Shown: piece by piece, positions 53,188-64,000 of the stretch | Layout: every line of letters starts with the position of its first letter | How positions within the stretch are numbered: the first letter of the stretch is position 1 | From: Botryllus schlosseri | Taxonomy: Eukaryota | Direction: 5' to 3' | NCBI GenBank assembly: GCA_051294905.1 | Contig: CM119371.1 | Coordinates: 30,072,001-30,136,000, forward strand | Length of the DNA: 64,000 bases | The notes under the pieces: generated by a model | What the model was told of the DNA's origin: nothing | Databases searched by the model: none | What the model saw: only the letters and a program-made list of their open reading frames with translations | Position numbers and translations under genes: made by a program

Positions 53188-53289
53188 CTCTCCGATTCCG
53201 TTGAACACACAGCAAGTCGTCATAGCATGATTTGTGGAGCAGTATGGGGTCGTGAAGCAGACAATTAGATACCGATTCCTCGAGCCAAT
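53188..53289 (-). CDS. 102-bp phase 1-1 Cys-containing exon, right paralogue
   Basis: atgcag|(D)WLEESVSNCLLHDPILLHKSCYDDLLCVQRNRR(G)|gtaagc; homologous to 10653-10760. Confidence 0.8.
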
Positions 53290-53959
53290 CTGCATATTCC
53301 AAAAACATTATTAAAAATGACATATGGTTCATTTAGTCAGTCCTCTATGTCGCTATCCAGTGGGTATATACTTAGTATAGGCCAATGCATAGATTATATC
53401 AAGGGTTCAAATCTTTTTTTCGGCCCTGACCCATTTTCCGATTTGAAAATTTTCTGCAGCCCACCGTTTAGCCTAGATTTATAGTATTGATTCCCAATGC
53501 GAGGTACGCCGGCGCCAATATGCCTATATCTCTAAGACCTGCACAATCATATTATAATCTATACCTCTAGCCACAGGGGAACCAACTTTTGTGCTATTCC
53601 CGGTCGTACTTCGATTACTTACGTAGCCTACGGCCTCATTCTTGGGTACAGTCGTAATGAACTAAATGGATGTCAAATGCCCATGTTAAACTGTTCACGG
53701 CCGTTTCCAATGATCTCCAGACTAAACAACTTTTTCATGTTGCTTACTCTATCAACATTCAATAATCTAGGCAAAGGGTAATCGTCAGATTATATTTTCA
53801 TCTGAAGAAGACACACGCAATAAATAATGCGATGCAATGAACAGATAGGATAAAGCCGAATGAAAAGTAGCGGTTGCAGTTTTTGGCTCTTAAACTGGCA
53901 TCCACCTCGGCCAACAGCCCGATGTCACAGTTTCTCTTTCGATGTTATTCTGTATTCTG

Positions 53960-54146
53960 TGACTCTTCATTTTTGCTATTTCCATTCTGTGTGAGTGTGC
54001 TCATTCATCGGGTCTTTTCCTGGGCTTTTTTGTCGCCGTAAGAACAGGGACGCTTGCGAAGAGGAGCCCAGAGTAACCTCCGACGCGGAGTCTAACCCGA
54101 ACGCGTGGGCGGTAGACACTCAGCGTCACCACTACGGTATCTCCCC
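53960..54146 (-). mobile_element. tRNA-derived SINE, second family
   Basis: Minus strand ATACCGTAGTGGT...GGGTTAGACTCC head followed by a GC-rich body. Confidence 0.5.
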
Positions 54147-54935
54147 ATACGCAGAGAAATCGCCAGAGGTCATACTATGAATAGTTACTGGTGTGGGTCA
54201 TGGTCGCGCCAATGCGAAATTATTTTCATATTCAAGAATGAATTTCGTCATTAGTATTAGTCGTTTAACATGTTATTATCGAATATTTATCTTTTCTCAG
54301 CCCAAGTGATCAGATTTAGTTGATGATGGAAGTGTTTTCGAAAATTTCGGGCAAGTTGTAAATGATTATACATCTTCGGGATGGCTAATTGTTATCAGTA
54401 ACTTTGTTACGTGCTGTTATTTCTTGTCCTACCGTCATGATTGTCGGTATAATGGAAAGTCATTGGAATCGCTCAAACGTACCACAAACTAATTTCTTTC
54501 GTGAGGAGCAAACGATTCAGAGCTGGCATTTTCATATGGTGTGCATCATTTACCTCTGCTGTTCGCATCTGCACTGTGGGGCTCAGATTGCAAAGAGCGC
54601 TACTATATTAAAATCTTTGAATCGACATATTTGTGCATTGACTCATTACCTCCATTTCTACTCGAGTCATTGCGCAAGACTCAACGAAGTCGTTTAGATG
54701 GAGACAATTTGGACCAGAAACTGCCTTTTCTGTTTGAATGGACCTCTTATGCGTATAGGTATAGGCATAACTTTCAATACAATATCCATTTATTAACTCG
54801 AAGACTTTTCGGGTGCCTCTTTTCCAAAAAGGCACAGTATGACGCAACAATCAAAATCACAGACCATGAAAATCGCATTGTATCAATGGCAACAATAACA
54901 AACTAAGAAGTATACGGACATACGGTACTATAGTA

Positions 54936-56186
54936 CAGTGCTCTTCAACCTTTTTCGACGTGGTACACCCTTTTAACGTTTGCTCAAAACTCGTACACCC
55001 CTGTTCATTAGGGGTCTTCAAAAATGACTTTTTTTTCTCAAATCGTACTGGCTACTTGATAAAATTATTAGGTTACCTAACTTTAAGCCTACACACCAAA
55101 TTTGGTTCAATTCCAACCAGTAGCCGCATTGCTACGGGAGAAGAAAGCTTCTATTTATTATATATAAAAATAAATAACGAAAAATTTGAAATTTTTCTGT
55201 TCACCCCATGAAAAAACGATGTTCTTCAAATTTGGTTGAATTCCAACCAGTAGAAGCGGAGTTATTGCCGTCAAAGAATTTGGATTTGAATAAAATAGTA
55301 TTTGGTCACAGAGTCTATTCGCAGCCAGTTAGGCCGCCCGCCACGCAAATTGGAATTTATTTCGTGTCAGTCCAAAAACAGCATAGCATTACGAACGATA
55401 ATCAACCTAAATGTAAGAGTATTGGGGAGAGAGTAGGTGAAGCTACTGCTGCAGAAGCGGTAATTCAGATCAGCGATGATAGCAGGCGCACCAGCCTACT
55501 GCGTATCAGGCTGCCCCACACCACACACAGTCGATAGTAGCACATGGGCTGCAAGAGATGTCAGTAACCTCGGATCGTATGCCGCTATACACAGTCTATT
55601 GTCGCTAATTTGCATCACTAGTAACAAAATACTAAATTGCAAATGTATGGCGAAATATTGGACATAAAATCGGCATTTTAAAACAAAAGGGTTTCGATTT
55701 CAACATGAAAGCTGTTTCGACCCTGGCAGGCTACGTCACTTCATTTATGTGCATTGCGGTATTTATTAACGTCGGGTAGGAAGTACCGATTCAAGAAGTC
55801 TGAGCTATCGCGGCGGTTCCCTCAAAAATCACTAAAAGACAAATGACTAGCTGAACAGTGAACACATGTTTGTTAACTGCATACTTTCCAACACCAAACG
55901 GAACCATTGATCTATTGCCGACTGCTAAATGAATAGGAGAAATATTTGCTTATGACATCACAATCAAGCGGTGTACAGTATTACACTTGAGATAACATCG
56001 TACCATATTGCTCATTAACCTGTGCGTCAACGTGTACTGACCCACAAACCTGCCTTTGTGATAGCTAGCCATCGGCTCATTGTAATTCGGATCTGGTACA
56101 CCCCTGTACACCCCATCCGAGTGGTACACCCTTTGCAAATTCTGGTACACCCTAGGGTGTACGACAACCCCGGTTGACGAGCACTG
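54936..56186. mobile_element. hAT-type non-autonomous element inserted in the Penelope 3' UTR
   Basis: TIR CAGTGCTCTTCAACC/GGTTGACGAGCACTG; perfect TSD CTATAGTA; empty site in the other pseudo-LTR near 57750. Confidence 0.95.
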
Positions 56187-56242
56187 CTATAGTAGCAGCA
56201 CAAATTTGTAAGTAAACAATTACACGCACTGAACAACATGCA

Positions 56243-57321
56243 CTAATGAGAAATTTGTAGGTTATAGAGGAAATCTTTCTGTCTGCATAAAATAGGTTTG
56301 CTCAACTGAATAATAGTAGACTCCAACACTTTTAAATGAAACACAGACCTACCACGCGCAATGACAGTGAACATATTGTCATCATAGTGCTGTGCACAGG
56401 CAAGGTTTTCGCTCAGATGCTGACCGATTGACGAAGCATATGCTTGGTAATCATCATAGCAGTCTGTTTTTCCAGCCAATTTGCACTGACGTGCGAGCTC
56501 CGTGCGATCATTTGCGCATGTTTTTGACCGAATCAATTTTGGGATATGCTGCTTAATACGCTCAAACAATCTTTGAGATGTACGTCCTACATACCTACTA
56601 TCACAGTGGCACTTGTATTGGTAAACAACATTACTTGCATCAAAGGCAGGAAGTACATCTTTTCGAGAGTTGGGTAACAAGGGTTTCGTCGTGTACACTA
56701 CATGCGTGTTAACGCTGTAATAGCAACGGTGAACAGCCGATTTAATTAGCTAGACACATTACCTAGCCAAGGTAGGTGTAAAAATGCCGGGCATTTTTCT
56801 GGGCCATATATTGGAGCTGTATCCGATTTTTTCAATACCCTAGAGATGGAGCATTTTAATATGTGGTCCGGATAGCCATTTTTGGAGAGAATCAAGTGGA
56901 TATCATCCAATTCGCGTGACAGTTTTTCCGGTGAGCAGAGGCGCAAGGCGCGATTAACGAGAGATGAAATGAGGTTTAATTTACGCCGCTTCGGGCAGAA
57001 TGAATCCCAACGAATATAATGACCAGTGAAAGTAGGTTTTCTGTACACCGACGTTAAAAACGTTTGTCCTGATCTCTCTACTAAGACGTCTAAAAAGGGA
57101 AGGGCAGCATCAGTTTCCTTTTCCATGGTAAATTGTAGAGCTGGATGGAGACAATTCAATTTTTCGAAGAAATTATTACACTCTCGCTCATTTTGAAAGG
57201 CAACAAAGGTGTCATCGACATATCTAAAATAGAGGAGAGGTTTTGCGACGTTTTCAAACAATTTCTTTTCATGGTATCCCACGAATATATCGGCCAGACT
57301 AGGTCCCAACGGTGAACCCAT
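56243..57321 (-). pseudogene. Penelope-like reverse transcriptase and GIY-YIG endonuclease, truncated, frameshift near 56746
   Basis: ORFs 56746-57393 and 56243-56698 carry RT motifs (YFRYVDD, LPFLDV, VYRKPT) and GIY-YIG motifs. Confidence 0.93.
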
Positions 57322-57896
57322 CACAAGTGCCACTGTGATAGTAGGTATGTAGGACGTACATCTCAAAGATTGTTTGAGCGTATTAAGCAGCATATCCCAA
57401 AATTGATTCGGTCAAAAACATGCGCAAATGATCGCACGGAGCTCGCACGTCAGTGCAAATTGGCTGAAAAAACAGACTGCTATGATGATTACCAAGCATA
57501 TGCTTCGTCAATCGGTAAGCATCTGAGCGAAAACCTTGCCTGTGCACAGCACTATGATGACAATATGTTCACTGTCATTGCGCGTGGTAGGTCTGTGTTT
57601 CATTTAAAAGTGTTGGAGTCTACTATTATTCAGTTGAGCAAACCTATTTTATGCAGACAGAAAGATTTCCTCTATAACCTACAAATTTCTCATTAGTGCG
57701 TGTTGTTCAGTGCGTGTAATTGTTTACTTACAAATTTGTGCTGCTACTATAGTACCGTATGTCCGTATACTTCTTAGTTTGTTATTGTTGCCATTGATAC
57801 AATGCGAATTTCATGGTCTGTGATTTTGATTGTTGCGTCATACTGTGCCTTTTTGGTTTTGCTTTTAAATCTGTTTAAATCCCTTCAGTGTGCCGA

Positions 57897-57935
57897 TAAC
57901 TCTTGAAAAGAGGCACCCGAAAAGTCTACGAGTTA
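57897..57935 (+). ncRNA. Minimal hammerhead ribozyme-like motif (U3-A8 variant), probably inactivated
   Basis: TAACTC-TTGAAAA-GAGGCACCC-GAAA-AGTCT-AC-GAGTTA; stem I is 6 bp; the sister copy at 54794-54823 has TC at the cleavage position. Confidence 0.65.
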
Positions 57936-58366
57936 ATAAATATTATTCTACAATGGATATTGTATTGAAAGCTATATTCAAGTTCTGTACCACGAACCAG
58001 CTATTTAAGTATAGGCATAAGTGGTCAATAAAGATATCGTTGGCAGTCAAGTAGAAGTAGGAATAACGACGTAGATTCACACTCAATTACAAGTTGAAGA
58101 AGCTATTTCTAAGTAAATAAAAGCGAAAGTATTTTAGGTGTAGTTTCGACTAAAAACTGAAATCTGTTAAGTAGAAGTAGCTAAAATCATAGCGACTTGG
58201 GAAAGTACAGCAAGTAGTGAAAACTTACTATAGTACTTTGAAAAAGTATAAGTACTTCTATACTGACCATCTCTGGTTTAGAGTAGGACAGGGAATTGTA
58301 TTAGGAATTCGAGGGATTCGTTTAACCCAAACTGATATACTGATATATACGAGTTGCCCAACTTAC

Positions 58367-58528
58367 CGCACTGTCCGACGTCACATACTTTTGACTGGAC
58401 GCTACCGACATTGTTCGGTTCTGGACATATGTGGTAATTCGAAGGACCGCAGGTCCTGTTTCTGGAGCATATACCCTGGCCACATGTGGCAGAACATTCC
58501 GAATACTTGCTACATTGGGACTATGAAC
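58367..58528 (-). pseudogene. Thrombospondin type-1 repeat exon with in-frame TAG
   Basis: atgcag|(G)S*SQCSKYSECSATCGQGICSRNRTC...VQSKVCDVGQC(G)|gtaagt; 162 bp, phase 1-1; stop at 58521-58523 at a conserved Trp position. Confidence 0.88.
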
Positions 58529-59046
58529 CTGCATCATGGAATTGAGCAGAGGTACTCACCGTAGTTATCGTTGCTACTCAGGTAGATGAAGAAGCCACGC
58601 CGTACATTGCGATTGAATTAGTAAAATAGCAATTTTATCTATTATAGATTCGTTAAAACTACGTCAACGTTCAAAAACCTTCATGATTGTATGTTTTTCA
58701 TACCAAAATCATACGTGAAATTAGAATGGGTCTTGATTCGTGATAATCTTGCTACTTCATACTTGCCGACTTAAATTGTTGCGAGAACCGCACACCTACA
58801 AAGGAATCGCGAGCTAGTCACAGGTTACCGACCCTGCTCTTGGTATTTCATTCATTTCCTGCGGAAATTTACATTTCGGTATATGTAACGTTAGGTCATA
58901 GGTTGGTCTTCATCAAATGAAAATATATTCCGCATCTGCAGTAGATCTGTCGAGATTTCATCGATGCTCTCAGATATAATCCCCATTTACAAAGATTGGA
59001 TGGCGGTCAATATGCTATGATCACGTATACGCGTTACTGAACTCAC

Positions 59047-59217
59047 CGCATGATGGCTTGTTACATTCTTCTCTCTGAACGACATCAACATTGGTCGAAT
59101 TCAAACATTCAGAACGAGGCGAAGGATTTGAGCGATCGTCAGCATCAAATCGCCGTCTTCTGATCCGATGACTGTCACCGCACGTGGCTGAACATTCAGA
59201 CCAAAGCCCCCACGGAA
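59047..59217 (-). CDS. Thrombospondin type-1 repeat exon
   Basis: gatacag|xPWGLWSECSATCGDSHRIRRRRF...QREECNKPSC(G)|gtgagt; 171 bp, phase 1-1. Confidence 0.9.
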
Positions 59218-60228
59218 CTGTATCATAGAATGGAGATATTTCTCGGATGACGGGCAATTTTTCAACTCATTACACGGAGCTGACTTGACTTTTACGCAGA
59301 TCTGGTCAAAGTAGTCTATATGTAGATACTAAAGGAGAAGTAGAAGTAGTGCTTGATGAAACACCTCAAAATGACTTCGAGTAGAAGTGGAATTCTTCGT
59401 CTTTTGAAACTACTCAAGTGAGTATGTGGATTTGAAGATCGGACATAAATACGATTTAATGGTCCGTCAAAACCTGGCAAACTACATATGCGTATGGCTC
59501 AGAGAGTGGACCATGAACCATACGGTAGGCTTAGCATGATCAGCAAAATATGGTAGTTGTAAAATTATAAGCATTTTCTGGGCAATTTTTCACTCTGATG
59601 ACCTTTTCATATGGGCGACTATGCAGTGTGAAACTGCTCGCATGAACTATACGCAACCGCTGCTTAAATTTTACTGGCCGACTTCCGTGCCAAACGCGAC
59701 GAAAATTCGGAACTATTCCAATCTTGGTCTTTCTTCCTCTCTCACATTGGAAGTAAACAATAATTCTTCTTGACAAACTGATCGCTTGCCAGTCAGACCA
59801 GTCAACATATGCTACAAACGTTTTCTTTAAATTCTTGTATTTCTTTTTCAGAGGAATACCTAATTATCATGACAATGATATGTATTAATATAAATCACAG
59901 GAACTTTATTTCTAACATTATATTTTATTTCAAACAATGGAGGTAAAGGAACAACCATAGACCGATTTAATGCTGTTATAAAGCACCACAATATTCCCTC
60001 TTGTCGGCGGTTCATGGCGGTCTAACCTGGCGTAGTTTTATGCCCCATTCATTTTAGTCGGGATACTGCATTTTAGCACTGCGTATGCATGGTGAGAAAC
60101 ACAAATGTTTTAACTGCTACTGCGGACTCTTTCAATTCCGTTCAATACTAATCAATCAAGATTAGGATTTACACTGATAGGATTTTGGATCAGCGCATAA
60201 AATCTGTTAATGAGCCGACGCACTAAAC

Positions 60229-62064
60229 CAGGGGTTCTCAACCTGGGGGGCGCAGGAGGCTCTCAGGGGGGGGGGCAAGAAATTTTTGTCAATTTGGCAA
60301 AGTCTGTATAAATTGTGACTAAACATGTGTTTCACAACCATTCTGATAAGACGATTATTGAAGATTAAACCTAATTCGTATTCTAGAAAGCTTGCCAAAC
60401 TCAAACTCCAGCAGTCGCGCTCAACGGAGTATAGGCTGACTTCAACTTCATTTGAGCAAATTTTTGATATTGTTTGAAGATTTAAAGAAATTCCTACGTG
60501 CAAGTCACTGCGGTCGTTGCCCCGAATACTTCAATGACTTCTTTACCTCTGAATCAAAAGCGCATAAGTACAACACACGCGCGTCCACGTCGTCCAAATA
60601 CCATATGATCGACCGAAAAGATCATCGCTCTATCAAATATGCCGGACCTGATGTGTGGAACAGTATCCCGCCGGCCATCCGGCAGTCGACGAGCATGTCC
60701 ACATTCAAGTCGAAATACAAGCAATTACTACTAAATAGATACAGTCCATCCTCAAGATTACCGGACCACGACTGACCTATCGATCTCGCTTCCCATGACA
60801 TGCCGCCCTATTTCTTGTCGCTTTCTTTTTCTATACTATCTTCTTTACTTTCATTCAGTGTGCATGCCTCCTCTTTACAACGCCTAGGCCAAGGTGGGTG
60901 TCCGATTCCATAGACAACTTCTAGTCGCTTCGACATCTTCCTTTCTTTTCATTGTATCGCATTTTTTGTGGTGTATTGAACTGATAAAATTGCTAATAAA
61001 CCAATGATGATGAAGTCTTTCATTACTTTATAGATTTGGCAGTAGCCTAAACCTCTATGGGCTAGGTATATAGCTGTTGTGGATAGCTGGCGAACTGACC
61101 TGCCTAAGACAGATTTAGATGCAATATAGGTTGCCCGGATTCGCCCTCAATTTAGCAATAAATCAATACAACTTAATTCATTTCCAAAACTTATCAAATT
61201 TAGCATGGCAGGACAGAACGACGCCGTGATCTCTGTAGTCACTACCAGCATCAGGATTAGTCTCAGTGCAACCTACCTTGAAATTAATTGGTGTCCTTTT
61301 CAATGTTTTTTTTGCTATTTTTAAACAAGTTTGGGGAAGTTTGTCAGCAATGTAACAGATTAAACAACTGGAATGCGGATTCAAAATTGCCGTAAGATAT
61401 ACCTTATGTATACTATCAGATCAGGGGTGGACAGACCGTACGGGCGCATGCGGCCGTAGAAGGGAATTTGTGCGGCTGTCGACGCCTAATTCCTTTAGTA
61501 TGTGTTGGCAACCGTAGACATGCGAATTGCAATTACGAATTCAACCCCGAATTTTCGAGAGATTTTATTTAATCTTGAAATTTTCTTCGCGCTCCGCGCA
61601 ATTCAACAAGACTTCATTTTTCGATTTTGATGCAGTAGCGCCCTTCTTAATTGAAGCAGGAATGGGAATCCTCAAGCAATAACAATTCATTCGCGGCTCT
61701 GAAAAATTTTCGCGCGACATTATGCACTCCCAGCGACTATTCATAACATTGCCAATCGCGATTTCGGTGCGTACAATAGGCCGTGGGGAAAAGGAGAATA
61801 GTTCGGAGTTCACCGGGAATGGATATGGACAGTTTACCATAGGTATTTTGCGTCCATATCGTTCATTGCGGCTATGCCCTGGAATGCGGCCTTAGGCGAC
61901 ATAAGTAATCGAAATGCGGCAATGATTAGCAAGACGGTTGCCACCTCTGTATTGTAAGATATTCTCATTTAGACATGACGATAACTTTAAGGGGGATCAG
62001 GGGGGCGCAATTTTTTTGACCATCGCCAAGGGGGGCGCGTGTCAAAAAAGTTTGAGAACCACTG
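60229..62064. mobile_element. Charlie-like hAT MITE expanded by nested insertions
   Basis: CAGGGGTTCTCAA/TTGAGAACCACTG; perfect TSD CACTAAAC; contains a LINE fragment and MITE 61422-61949. Confidence 0.88.
60505..61012 (+). mobile_element. CR1/L2-group LINE 3' end (ORF2 C-terminus and 3' UTR)
   Basis: HKYNTR...SIKYAGPDVWNSIPPAIRQSTSMSTFKSKYKQLLL, then UTR, AATAAA and (ATG)n tail. Confidence 0.88.
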
Positions 62065-62279
62065 CACTAAACCAATCAATTAAAGATCGGGAGATTAAAG
62101 AACCGCAACTAACATACTTTATAAGTTCACATTTGATGAATGGAATTGACTAAATTGCTATGGGAGTTCGTTGCCCCCAATGAGAAAGAAGATATAGCAG
62201 TGTCACCAGAGCGGATGTAACCTGTCAACATATGTTTAACATTGGCGTCTTCGTCTCTGTGAGTAACAACATTTTAGTC

Positions 62280-62545
62280 CAGCGTTCCTCAACCGCCGGA
62301 CCGTGGCGATTTTCCCGTCGGTCCTCCAGATACATTAGAATTTTAAATCCCAATTCGAAAACGCAAAAAGTCCGTCACTTGTTCAATAATCAGAGAAATA
62401 AAATATTAAATTTTTGTATTTGAAGAGGAACATATTTGTAGTGTGGAACGTAATTTTAGTGTTATTTGCGTGATTAAATTGGCGGCTGAATTTTAGATCT
62501 TGAAGTTTCGCTGGCCAGCGAAGTCAAAAAGGTTGAGAACAACGG
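62280..62545. mobile_element. Charlie-like hAT MITE
   Basis: CAGCGTTCCTCAACC/GGTTGAGAACAACGG; TSD TTTTAGTC/TTTTGGTC. Confidence 0.8.
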
Positions 62546-62881
62546 TTTTGGTCAATTATTCCTCAAAACCCTGAACTTGGAGTAATTTTTTTTGCCGTCC
62601 CGGAATTTGACATTGATGTCACGAACTTGTTACTAATAAACGACGGAAGGTTATAACGTGACATATCAACGATCAACGTTTTATGCATTTGCTCCTTGAG
62701 AGATACCTTACGTGGAAGTATTTTTTAAATATCTCAATTTCTTTTTATAAAAATTTGTAGGATAATACAATCACCTTTTTTCTCGGCATTGCTTCGCGGG
62801 TTGGACCAGACCCGCGGGCAGTATGTTTGGCATCCCCCTCATATATTGAAGGAATGGCTTTCTCAATAAATTTACACTTAC

Positions 62882-63002
62882 CCACAGCACACCACACAAA
62901 TGAAAAGCCCACTTTCTGTACATTACGATCGGTGATGAAATCGACAGTCAACGAGTTGCTTTCAGTTGTAAAATTTTCAGGAGGTGTATCACCGCAGTGA
63001 GG
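62882..63002 (-). CDS. CUB domain exon 3
   Basis: ttttag|PHCGDTPPENFTTESNSLTVDFITDRNVQKVGFSFVWCAV(G)|gtaagt. Confidence 0.92.
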
Positions 63003-63057
63003 CTAAAATAGCTTGAATTACTGGAAATTTATGTGAAGTATTTTACCGGCATCCTAC

Positions 63058-63153
63058 CGAATATGCGTCGCCGAATGCAAGTGAATCACGATCACAGTTC
63101 CCGTACGGGTTGTCTTCGACGTTGAAGGTGTCGTTGAAAACGATCGATATAAC
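63058..63153 (-). CDS. CUB domain exon 2
   Basis: atgcag|VISIVFNDTFNVEDNPYGNCDRDSLAFGDAYS|gtagga; phase 0-0; a 55-bp intron follows. Confidence 0.9.
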
Positions 63154-63640
63154 CTGCATGAGAGAAAGATGCAACTTCTTGCGTTGGGATGCAGTGATGA
63201 GCTTCCTGTCCAAGTGACGTATGACTGAGCTATGCTTGCAAATATATATGCTATGCAAATATTACAAGGAATTAGTAAAGTGAAAGGGATACCATAAAAC
63301 TCGAAAGAAAACAAAATTCAGCTATGATCTCAAAAATGTTAACATTGCTATAACAAATAAACCATAGCTCTGTCGTCATTTAAAATCACTTCAACATGGA
63401 GTCAAATTGTTATAATTATTCCAATCCAAAGTAATAGCGTGATAATAACATTACGATTTCAAACCAAAGTGTCCTCACTAATGTGTAGCGCTAGCAATTC
63501 AGCTAAACTGTATCGATATTATAGCCTTGCGACCAAATTCCAGCCTCGACCTAATTTTGTCCGTGGATTCTTGTATACTCTGCGAAAAATCATCTAGCAA
63601 TATACTTGATAGAGCTCCTGGTAATTCTATTGTTGCTTAC

Positions 63641-63762
63641 CATCCCCTCAGGTACTGTTATAAACCAGGAATGACACGCATTTGAATGGTAGGTCTTGGG
63701 ATAGTTCGGTGATGCAATCGTACCAGACGTTTCGTTGCTGATGACTGTGGAATTACAGGGTC
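63641..63762 (-). CDS. CUB domain exon 1
   Basis: ttttacttcag|xPCNSTVISNETSGTIASPNYPKTYHSNACHSWFITVPEGM|gtaagc; typical SG.I.SPNYP..Y and C.W.I motifs. Confidence 0.93.
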
Positions 63763-64000
63763 CTGAAGTAAAAAAAAAAACTATAATTAGGACCAGCAGG
63801 ACTATCTAGGATTGATTTGATTGCAAGCGATATTACTAGTGAATGAAGCCTAGTTGTGAGCTTCGTTGCGCCCCATGAATAATTGCGAATTAGGAATCGT
63901 GCGCATCTCACCAAAGACCAAATTTCTTTTTCAATTAGTTGTGGTATGTGTGAGCGATCTTTTGAGTGACAATCATGTAAGTAATTACACGTGGCCCGCC

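Larger units (their letters stand above)
54771..58008 (-). mobile_element. Penelope-like retroelement, 5'-truncated, with inverted pseudo-LTR
   Basis: Minus-strand RT (MGSPL, YVDD) plus GIY-YIG (VVYQYKC..YVGRT); 57323-57971 is an inverted copy of the 3' end; 12-bp TSD GTATAGGCATAA (54759-54770 and 58009-58020). Confidence 0.95.

Noticed and set aside
57370..57696. Separate GIY-YIG nuclease gene on the plus strand
   Set aside because: It is the inverted pseudo-LTR copy of the Penelope 3' end.
58560..58620. Exon ending RNVRRGFFIYLSSNDNY|gtgagt
   Set aside because: Strong donor, but there is an upstream in-frame stop and only 31 bp to the next acceptor; frame and identity cannot be fixed.
61178..61280. 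GCTETNPDAGSDYRDHGVVLSC as an exon of the CUB gene
   Set aside because: No usable donor site, and it lies inside the TSD-bounded element 60229-62064.
63047..63057. Alternative donor CG|gtaaaa for CUB exon 2
   Set aside because: It gives phase 2 and breaks the frame of the next exon; the donor at 63057 keeps it.

Overview
Eukaryotic (invertebrate animal-like, AT-rich) genomic DNA with short spliceosomal introns and very dense transposon content. No prokaryotic operons, rRNA, true tRNA genes or CRISPR array were seen. The window is organised as an old mirror image: a plus-strand multi-exon gene copy on the left (CUB C-terminal exon at 1-37 through an exon at 19280-19411) and a minus-strand paralogue on the right (CUB exons 63762-62882, TSP1 exons 59217-58367, exons at 53289 and 47431). 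Exons, introns and a downstream block (about 19.0-24.6 kb vs 47.7-43.1 kb) are homologous in inverted orientation. Both copies carry in-frame stops, so they look at least partly pseudogenised. The rest is nested mobile DNA: more than 20 hAT-type MITEs with readable 8-bp TSDs, a 2.45-kb hATm-like element with 529-bp TIRs, a TSD-bounded Penelope-like retroelement with an inverted pseudo-LTR and a U3-A8 variant hammerhead motif, older Penelope fragments, a Kolobok-like fragment with a P2X7-tail-like Cys-rich gene, a CR1/L2-type LINE 3' end and tRNA-derived SINEs. All alignments were read by eye; no searches were run.
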